From contig NC_087436.1 of assembly GCF_036321535.1 (NCBI RefSeq), positions 3,472,001 through 3,536,000 on the forward strand: 64,000 nucleotides of DNA. The letters run 5' to 3'. Position 1 is the stretch's first letter. Each line of letters opens with the position of its first letter. Below the pieces are notes generated by a model, which worked only from the letters and a program-made list of their open reading frames with translations, was not told the origin of the DNA and made no database searches. Position numbers and translations under genes: made by a program. Below, piece by piece: positions 39,820 to 50,500 of the stretch. Source of the DNA: Camelus dromedarius. Lineage: Eukaryota.

Positions 39820-42800
39820 CAACAATCTAGGTGAAGGTCGGCTTACACACACACTTATCTCTCAGAAAAGAGCATGTGGAGAGATGTTCATTCATCTAGC
39901 ACAAACGGAACGGGTTGCAGGAGAAACTTTTACTCTGGTTTCTCAGTCTGTTTCCTAGTGCCGATTTAAAGTTCCTGCACTTTTCACTGTAAAACCGATT
40001 TGGAGCTTTTACCTCCCGTATATATGTATGGAGTGGGGTTTGCAACTGAAAAGAATCTTTCTGTTAACAACAAGCCAGGGGAAAAACGGCTTTCACACAC
40101 ACTTATCTTTCAGAAATGAGCATGTGGAGATACATTCGTTCACCTAGCATAATCGGAACGGGTTGCAGGAGAAACATTTACTCTAGTATCTCAGTCTGTT
40201 TCCTAGGGCCATTTTGATGTTCCTGCAGTTTTCACTGTAAAATCGAGTTGGAGCTAGTACCTCCCCATATATATGTATAGATTGGTGTATGCAACTGAAA
40301 AGAAAATTTCTGTTCCCAACATGCTAGGTGATGTACGGCTTTCACACAATTATGTCTCAGAACTGAGCATGTGGAGAGACGTTCGTTCATCTAGCAAAAT
40401 GGGAACGGGTTGCAGGGGAAACTTTTACTCTGGTTTCTCAGTCTGTTTCCTAGTGCCGGTTTGAAGTTCCTGCAGTTTTCACTGTAAAATCGAGTTGGAG
40501 CTTGTACCTCCCCATATAAATGTATGGAGTGGTGTTTGCAAATGAAAAGAAACTTTGTGTTCCCAACAAGCTAGATGAAGGACAGCTTTCACACACAATT
40601 ATGTCTCCGAACTGAGCATGTGGAGAGACGTTCGTTCACCTAGCAAAAAGGGAACGGTTTGCAGGAGAAACTTTTACTCTGGTTTCTCAGTCTGTTTCCT
40701 AATGCCGGTGTGAAGTTCCTGCAGTTTTCACTGTAATACCGAGTTGGAGCTAGTACATCCCCATATATAATTATGGAGTGGAGTTTGAAACTGAAAACAA
40801 ACTTTGTGTTCCCAACAAGCTAGGTGAAGGACGGCTTTCACACACATTTATCTCTCAGAACTGAGCATGTGGAGAGACGTTCGTTCATCTAGCAAAAAGG
40901 GAACGGGTTGCAGGAGAAACTTTTACTCTGGTTTCTCTGTCTGTTTCCTAGTGCCGTTTTGAATTTCCTGCAGTGTTCACTGTGAAACCGAGTTGGAGTT
41001 AGTACCTCCCCATATATATGTATGGAGTGGTGTTGGCAACTGAAAAGAAACTATGTGTTCCCAACAATCTAGGTGAAGGTCGGCTTTCACACACACGTAT
41101 CTCTCAGAACTGAGCATGTGGAGAGACGTTCGTTCATCTAGGAAAAAATGGAACGGGTTGCAGTAGAAACTCTTACTCTGGTTTCTCAGTCTGTTTCCTA
41201 GGGCCAGTTTGAAGTTCCTGCAGTTTTCACTGTAAAAACGAGTTGGAGCTAGTACCTCCCCATATATATGTATGGAGTGGAGTTTGCAACTGAAAAGAAA
41301 CTTTGTGTTCAAACAAGCTAGGTGAAGTACGGCTTTCACACACATTTATCTCTCAGAAAAGAGCATGTGGAGAGACGTTCATTCATCTAGCACAAACGGA
41401 ACGGGTTGCAGGAGAAACTTTTACTCTGGTTTCTCAGTCTGTTTCCTAGTGCCGATTTGAAGTTCCTGCACTTTTCACTGTAAAACCGATTTGGAGCTTG
41501 TACCTCCCGTATATATGTATGGAGTGGGGTTTGCAACTGAAAAGAATCTTTCTGTTAACAACAAGCCAGGGGAAAGACGGCTTTCACACACACTTATCTT
41601 TCAGAAATGAGCATGTGGAGATACGTTCGTTCACCTAGCACAATCGGAACGGGTTGCAGGAGAAACTTTTACTCTAGTTTCTCAGTTTGTTTCCTAGGGC
41701 CGGTTTGATGTTCCTGCAGTTTTCACTGTAAAATCGATTTGGAGCTAGTACCTCCCCATATATATGTATGGATTGGTGTTTGCAACTGAAAAGAAACTTT
41801 CTGTTCCAAACAAGCTAGGTGATGTACGGCTTTCACACAATTATGTCTCAGAACTGAGCATGTGGAGAGACGTTCGTTCATCCAACAAAATGGGAACGGG
41901 TTGCAGGGGAAACTTTTACTCTGGTTTCTCAGTCTGTTTCATAGTGCCGGTTTGAAGTGTCTGCAGTTTTCACTGTAAAATCGAGTTGGAGCTTGTACCT
42001 CCCCATATAAATGTATGGAGTGGTGTTTGCAAATGAAAAGAAACTTTGTGTTCCCAACAAGGTAGATGAAGGACAGCTTTCACACACACTTATGTCTCCG
42101 AACTGAGCATGTGGAGAGACGTTCGTTCATCTAGCAAAAAGGGAACGGTTTGCAGGAGAAACTTTTACTCTGGTTTCTCAGTCTGTTTCCTAGTGCCGGT
42201 TTGAAGTTCCTGCAGTTTTCACTGTAAAACAGAGTTGGAGCTTGTACCTCCCCATATATATGTTTGGAGTGGAGTTTGCAACTGAAAAGAAACTTAGTGT
42301 TCCCAACAAGCTAGGTGAAGGACGGCTTTCACACAAACTTATCTCTCAGAACTGAGCATGTGGAGAGACGTTCGTTCATCTAGCAAAAAGGGAACGGTTT
42401 TCAGGAGAAACTTTTACTCTGGATTCTCAGTCTGTTTCCTAGTGCCGGTTTAAATTTCCTGCAGTTTTCACTGTAAAATCGAGTTGGAGCTAGTACCTCC
42501 CCATATATATGTATGGAGTGGAGTTTGCAAATGAAAAGAAACTTTGTGTTCCCAACAAGCTAGGTGAAGAACGGCTTTCACACACACTTATCTCTCAGAA
42601 CTGAGCATGTGCAGAGACGTTCGTACATCTAGCAGAAAGGGAACGGTTTGCAGGAGAAACTTTTACTTTGGTTTCTCAGTCTGTTTCCTAGTGCCGGTTT
42701 GAAGTTCCTGCAGTTTTCACTGTAAAACCGAGTTGGAGCTAGTACTTCCCCATATATATGTATGGAGTGGTTTTGCAACGGAAAAGAAACTTTGTGTTCC

Positions 42801-45800
42801 CAACAAGCTATTTGAAGGACGGCTTTCACACACATATATCTCTCAGAAATGAGCATGTGGAGAGACGTTCGTTCATCTAGCACAAAAAGAACGGGTTGCA
42901 GGAGAAACTTTTTCTCTGGTGTCTCAATCTGTTTCCTAGTGCCTGTTTGAAGTTCCTGCAGTTTTCACTGTAAAAACGAGTTGGAGCTATTACCTCCAAA
43001 TATATATGTATGGGGTGGAATTTGCAACTGAAAAGAAACTTTCTGTTCCCAACAAGCTAGGTGAAGAACGGTTTCACACACACTTATCTCTCAGAAATGA
43101 GCATTTGGAGAGACGTTCGTTGATCTAGCACAAAGGGAACGGGTTGCAGGAGAAACTTTTACTCTGTTTTCTCAGTCTGTTTCCTAGTGCCGGTTTGAAG
43201 TTCCTGAGTTTTCACTGTAAAACCGAGTTGGAGCTAGTACCTCCCCATATATATGTATGGAATGGAGTTTGCAACTGAAAAGAAACTTTGGGTTCCCAAC
43301 AAGCTAGGTGAAGGACGGCTTTCACACACACTTCTCTCTCAGAACTGACCATGTGGAGAGACGTTCGTTCATCTAGCAAAATGGAAAGGGTTGCAGGTGA
43401 AACTTTTACTCTGGATTCTCAGTCTGTTTCCTAGTGCCGGTTTTAAGTTCCTGCAGTTTTCACTGTAAAACCGAGTTGGAGCTAGTACCTCCCCATATAT
43501 ATGTATGGATATGAGTTTGCAACTGAAAAGAAACTTTGTGTTCCCAACAATCTAGGTGAAGGTCGGCTTACACACACACTTATCTCTCAGAAAAGAGCAT
43601 GTGGAGAGATGTTCATTCATCTAGCACAAACGGAACGGGTTGCAGGAGAAACTTTTACTCTGGTTTCTCAGTCTGTTTCCTAGTGCCGATTTAAAGTTCC
43701 TGCACTTTTCACTGTAAAACCGATTTGGAGCTTTTACCTCCCGTATATATGTATGGAGTGGGGTTTGCAACTGTAAAGAATCTTTCTGTTAACAACAAGC
43801 CAGGGGAAAAACGGCTTTCACACACACTTATCTTTCAGAAATGAGCATGTGGAGATACGTTCGTTCACCTAGCATAATCGGAACGGGTTGCAGGAGAAAC
43901 ATTTACTCTAGTATCTCAGTCTGTTTCCTAGGGCCATTTTGATGTTCCTGCAGTTTTCACTGTAAAATCGAGTTGGAGCTAGTACCTCCCCATATATATG
44001 TATAGATTGGTGTATGCAACTGAAAAGAAACTTTCTGTTCCCAACATGCTAGGTGATGTACGGCTTTCACACAATTATGTCTCAGAACTGAGCATGTGGA
44101 GAGACGTTCGTTCATCTAGCAAAATGGGAACGGGTTGCAGGGGAAACTTTTACTCTGGTTTCTCAGTCTGTTTCCTAGTGCCGGTTTGAAGTTCCTGCAG
44201 TTTTCACTGTAAAATCGAGTTGGAGCTTGTACCTCCCCATATAAATGTATGGAGTGGTGTTTGCAAATGAAAAGAAACTTTGTGTTCCCAACAAGCTAGA
44301 TGAAGGACAGCTTTCACACACAATTATGTCTCCGAACTGAGCATGTGGAGAGACGTTCGTTCACCTAGCAAAAAGGGAACGGTTTGCAGGAGAAACTTTT
44401 ACTCTGGTTTCTCAGTCTGTTTCCTAATGCCGGTGTGAAGTTCCTGCAGTTTTCACTGTAATACCGAGTTGGAGCTAGTACATCCCCATATATAATTATG
44501 GAGTGGAGTTTGAAACTGAAAACAAACTTTGTGTTCCCAACAAGCTAGGTGAAGGACGGCTTTCACACACATTTATCTCTCAGAACTGAGCATGTGGAGA
44601 GACGTTCGTTCATCTAGCAAAAAGGGAACGGGTTGCAGGAGAAACTTTTACTCTGGTTTCTCTGTCTGTTTCGTAGTGCCGTTTTGAATTTCCTGCAGTG
44701 TTCACTGTGAAACCGAGTTGGAGTTAGTACCTCCCCATATATATGTATGGAGTGGTGTTGGCAACTGAAAAGAAACTATGTGTTCCCAACAATCTAGGTG
44801 AAGGTCGGCTTTCACACACACGTATCTCTCAGAACTGAGCATGTGGAGAGACGTTCGTTCATCTAGGAAAAAATGGAACGGGTTGCAGTAGAAACTCTTA
44901 CTCTGGTTTCTCAGTCTGTTTCCTAGGGCCAGTTTGAAGTTCCTGCAGTTTTCACTGTAAAAACGAGTTGGAGCTAGTACCTCCCCATATATATGTATGG
45001 AGTGGAGTTTGCAACTGAAAAGAAACTTTGTGTTCAAACAAGCTAGGTGAAGTACGGCTTTCACACACATTTATCTCTCAGAAAAGAGCATGTGGAGAGA
45101 CGTTCATTCATCTAGCACAAACGGAACGGGTTGCAGGAGAAACTTTTACTCTGGTTTCTCAGTCTGTTTCCTAGTGCCGATTTGAAGTTCCTGCACTTTT
45201 CACTGTAAAACCGATTTGGAGCTTGTACCTCCCGTATATATGTATGGAGTGGGGTTTGCAACTGAAAAGAATCTTTCTGTTAACAACAAGCCAGGGGAAA
45301 GACGGCTTTCACACACACTTATCTTTCAGAAATGAGCATGTGGAGAACGTTCGTTCACCTAGCACAATCGGAACGGGTTGCAGGAGAAACTTTTACTCTA
45401 GTTTCTCAGTTTGTTTCCTAGGGCCGGTTTGATGTTCCTGCAGTTTTCACTGTAAAATCGATTTGGAGCTAGTACCTCCCCATATATATGTATGGATTGG
45501 TGTTTGCAACTGAAAAGAAACTTTCTGTTCCAAACAAGCTAGGTGATGTACGGCTTTCACACAATTATGTCTCAGAACTGAGCATGTGGAGAGACGTTCG
45601 TTCATCCAACAAAATGGGAACGGGTTGCAGGGGAAACTTTTACTCTGGTTTCTCAGTCTGTTTCATAGTGCCGGTTTGAAGTTCCTGCAGTTTTCACTGT
45701 AAAATCGAGTTGGAGCTTGTACCTCCCCATATAAATGTATGGAGTGGTGTTTGCAAATGAAAAGAAACTTTGTGTTCCCAACAAGGTAGATGAAGGACAG

Positions 45801-47515
45801 CTTTCACACACACTTATGTCTCCGAACTGAGCATGTGGAGAGACGTTCGTTCATCTAGCAAAAAGGGAACGGTTTGCAGGAGAAACTTTTACTCTGGTTT
45901 CTCAGTCTGTTTCCTAGTGCCGGTTTGAAGTTCCTGCAGTTTTCACTGTAAAACAGAGTTGGAGCTTGTACCTCCCCATATATATGTTTGGAGTGGAGTT
46001 TGCAACTGAAAAGAAACTTAGTGTTCCCAACAAGCTAGGTGAAGGACGGCTTTCACACAAACTTATCTCTCAGAACTGAGCATGTGGAGAGACGTTCGTT
46101 CATCTAGCAAAAAGGGAACGGTTTTCAGGAGAAACTTTTACTCTGGATTCTCAGTCTGTTTCCTAGTGCCGGTTTAAATTTCCTGCAGTTTTCACTGTAA
46201 AATCGAGTTGGAGCTAGTACCTCCCCATATATATGTATGGAGTGGAGTTTGCAAATGAAAAGAAACTTTGTGTTCCCAACAAGCTAGGTGAAGAACGGCT
46301 TTCACACACACTTATCTCTCAGAACTGAGCATGTGCAGAGACGTTCGTACATCTAGCAGAAAGGGAACGGTTTGCAGGAGAAACTTTTACTTTGGTTTCT
46401 CAGTCTGTTTCCTAGTGCCGGTTTGAAGTTCCTGCAGTTTTCACTGTAAAACCGAGTTGGAGCTAGTACTTCCCCATATATATGTATGGAGTGGTTTTGC
46501 AACGGAAAAGAAACTTTGTGTTCCCAACAAGCTATTTGAAGGACGGCTTTCACACACATATATCTCTCAGAAATGAGCATGTGGAGAGACGTTCGTTCAT
46601 CTAGCACAAAAAGAACGGGTTGCAGGAGAAACTTTTTCTCTGGTGTCTCAATCTGTTTCCTAGTGCCTGTTTGAAGTTCCTGCAGTTTTCACTGTAAAAA
46701 CGAGTTGGAGCTATTACCTCCAAAAATATATGTATGGGGTGGAATTTGCAACTGAAAAGAAACTTTCTGTTCCCAACAAGCTAGGTGAAGAACGGTTTCA
46801 CACACACTTATCTCTCAGAAATGAGCATTTGGAGAGACGTTCGTTGATCTAGCACAAAGGGAACGGGTTGCAGGAGAAACTTTTACTCTGTTTTCTCAGT
46901 CTGTTTCCTAGTGCCGGTTTGAAGTTCCTGAGTTTTCACTGTAAAACCGAGTTGGAGCTAGTACCTCCCCATATATATGTATGGAATGGAGTTTGCAACT
47001 GAAAAGAAACTTTGGGTTCCCAACAAGCTATGTGAAGGACGGCTTTCACACACACTTCTCTCTCAGAACTGAGCATGTGCAGAGACGTTCGTACATCTAG
47101 CAGAAAGGGAACGGTTTGCAGGAGAAACTTTTACTTTGGATTCTCAGTCTGTTTCCTAGTGCCGGTTTGATGTTCCTGCAGTTTCCACTGTAAAACCGTG
47201 TTGGAGCTAGTACCTCCCCATATATGTATGGAGTTGAGTTTGCAACTGAAAAGAAACTTTGTGTTCCCAACAAGCTAGGTGAAGGACGGCTTTCACACAC
47301 ACATATCTCTCAGAACTGACCATGTGGAGAGACGTTCGTTCATCTAGCAAAATGGAAAGGGTTGCAGGTGAAACTTTTACTCTGGATTCTCAGTCTGTTT
47401 CCTAGTGCCGGTTTTAAGTTCCTGCAGTTTTCACTGTAAAACCGAGTTGGAGCTAGTACCTCCCCATATATATGTATGGATATGAGTTTGCAACTGAAAA
47501 GAAACTTTGTGTTCC
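39820..47515. repeat. Tandem duplication of a 15-mer (3725 bp; second copy has 16 monomers) containing an older internal 6-mer (1491 bp) repeat
   Basis: AACAATCTAGGTGAAGGTCGGCTTAC at 39821/43546. ORFs 40273/43998 and 40977/44702 are +3725; 41764/45488 and 42629/46353 are +3724 after a 1-bp deletion near 45346. Internal pair 40273/41764 is +1491. Confidence 0.9.
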
Positions 47516-50500
47516 CAGCAAGCTAGGTGAAGGACGGGTTTCACACATACTTATCTCTCAGAACTGAGCATGTGGAGAGATGTTCGGTCATCTAGCACAA
47601 AGGGAACGGGTTTCAGGAAAAACTTTAACACTTGTTTCTCAGTCTGTTTCGTAGTGCCGGTTTGAAGTTCCTGCTGTTTTCACTGTAAAACAGTTTTGGA
47701 GCTATTACCTCCCCATATATATGTATGGAGTTGAGTTTGCAACTGAAAAGAACCTTTGTGTTCCCAACAAGCTAGGTGAAGGACGGCTTTCACACACACT
47801 TATCTCTCAGAACTGAGCATGTGGAGAGACGTTCGTTCATCTAGCATAAAGGGAACGGGATGCAGGAGAAACTTTTACTCTGGATTCTCAGTCTGTTTCC
47901 TAGTGCCGGTTTTAAGTTCCTGCAGTTTTCACTGTTAAACCTAGTTGGAGCTAGTACCTACGCATATATATATATGGATTTGAGTTTGTAACTGAAAAGA
48001 AACTTTGTGTTCCCAGCAATCTAGGTGAAGGATGGCTTTCACACACAATTATCTCTCAAAACTGAGCATGTGGAGAGACGTTCGTTCATGTAGCAAAAAG
48101 GGAACGCGTTGCAGGAAAAACTTTTACTCTGGTTTCTCAGTCTGTTTCCTAGTGCCGGTTTGAAGTTCCTGCAGTTATCACTGTTAAACCTAGTTGGAGC
48201 TAGTACCTCCCCATATATATGTATGGATTGGAGTTTGCAACTGAAAAGAAACTTTGTGTTCCCAACAAGCTAGGTGAAGGACGGCTTTCAAACACACTTA
48301 TCTCTGAGAACTGAGCTTGTGGAGAGACGTTCGTTCATCTAGCAAAAAGGGAACGGGTTGCAGGAGAAACTTTTACTCTGGTATCTCAGTCTGTTTCCTA
48401 GTGCCGGTTTGAAGGTCCTGCAGTTTTCACTTTAAAACCGAGTTGGAGCTTGTACCTCCCCATATATATGTATGGATTGGATTTTGCAACTGAAAAGAAA
48501 CTTAGTGTTCCCAACAAGCTAGTTGAAGGACGGCTTTCACACACACTTATCTCTCAGAACTGAGCATGTGGAGAGACGTTCGTTCATCTAGAAAAAAGGG
48601 AACGGGTTTCAGGTGAAACTTTTACTGTGGTTTCTCAGTCTGTTTCCTAGTGCCGGTTTAAAGTTCCTGCAGTTTTCACTGTAAAATCGAGTTGGAGCTA
48701 GTACCTCCACATATATATCTATGGAGTGGAGTTTGAAACTGAAAAGAAAGTTTGTGTTCCCAACAAACTAGGTAAAGAAGGGCTTTCACACACAGTTATC
48801 TCTCAGAACTGAGCATGTGGAGAGACGTTCGTTCATCTAGCACAAAGGGAACGGGATGCAGGAGAAACTTTTACTCTGTTTTCTCAGTCTGTTTCCTAGT
48901 GCCGTTTTGAAGTTCCTGCAGTTTTCACTGTAAAACCGAGTTGGAGCTAGTACCTCCCCATATATATGTATGGAGTGCAGTTTGCAACTGAAAAGATACT
49001 TTGTGTTCCCAAAAATCTAGATGAAGGACGGCTTTCACACACATTTATCTCTCAGAACAGAGCATGTGGAGAGACGTTCGTTCATCTAGCACAAAGGGAA
49101 CGGGATGCAGGAGAAACTTTTACTCTGGTCTCTTAGTCTGTTTCCTAGGGCCAGTTTGATGTTCCTGCAGTTTTCACTGTAAAACCGAGTTGGAGCTAGT
49201 ACCTCCCCATATATATGTATGGAGTGCAGTTTGCAACTGAAAAGAAACTTTGTGTTCCCAACAAGCTAGGTGAAGGACGGCTTTCACACACACTTATCTC
49301 TCAGAACTGAGAATGTGGACAGACGTTCGTTCATCTAGCACAAAGGGAACGGGTTGCAGGAGAAACTTTTCCTCTGGTTCTCAGTCTGTTTCCTAGTGCC
49401 GGTTTGAAGTTCCTGCAGTTTTCACTGTAAAACCGAGTTGGAGCTAGTACCTCCCCATATATATGTATGGAGTGGAGATAGCAACTGAAAAGAAACTTTT
49501 TGTTCCCATCGAGCTAGGTGAAGGACGGCTTTCACACACACTTATCTCTCAGAACTGAGCAAGTGCCGAGACGTTCGTTCATCAGCACAAAGGAAACGGG
49601 TTGCAGGAGAAACATTTACTCTGTTTTCTCAGTCTGTTTCCTAGTGCCGGTTTGAAGTTCCTGCAGTTTTCACTGTAAAACCGAGTTGGAGCTAGAAACT
49701 CCCCATATATATGTATGGAGTGGAGTTTGCAACTGAAAAGAAACTTTGTGTTCCCAACAAGCTAGTTGAAGGACGGCTTTCACACACACTTATCTCTCAG
49801 AACAGAGCATGTGGAGAGACGTTCGTTCATCTAGCACAAAGGGATCGGGTTGCAGGAGAAACTTTTACTCTGGTATCTCAGTCTGTTTCCTAGTGCCGGT
49901 TTGAAGTTCCTGCAGTTTTCTGTGTCAAACCGAGTTGGAGCTAGTATCTCCCCTTATATTTATATGGTGTGGAGTTTGCAACTGAAAAGAAACTTTGTGT
50001 TAACAACAAGCTATGTGAAGGACGGATTCACACACACATATCTCTCAGAAATGAGCATGTGGAGAGACGTTCTTTCACCTAGCAAAAAGGGAACGGTTTG
50101 CAGGAGAAACTTTTACTCTGGTTTCTCTAGTCTGTTTCCTAGGGCCGGTATGAAGTTCTAGCAGTTTTCACTGTAAACCCGAGTTGGAGCTAGTACCCCC
50201 CCTTATATATGTATGGAGTGGTGTTTGCAACTGAAAAGAAACTTTGTGTTCCCAACAAGCTAGGTGAAGGACGGCTTTCAGACACATTTATCTCTCAGAA
50301 CTGAGCATGTGAAGAGACGTTCGTTCATCTAGCAAAAAGGGAACGGGTTGCAGGAGAAACTTTTACTCTGGTTTTTCAATCTTTTTCTTAGTGCCGGTTT
50401 GAAGTTCCTGCAGTTTTCAGTGTAAAACCGAGCTGGAGCTTGTACATCCCCATATATATATATGGAGTGGAGTTTGCAATTGAAAAGAAACTATGTGTTC

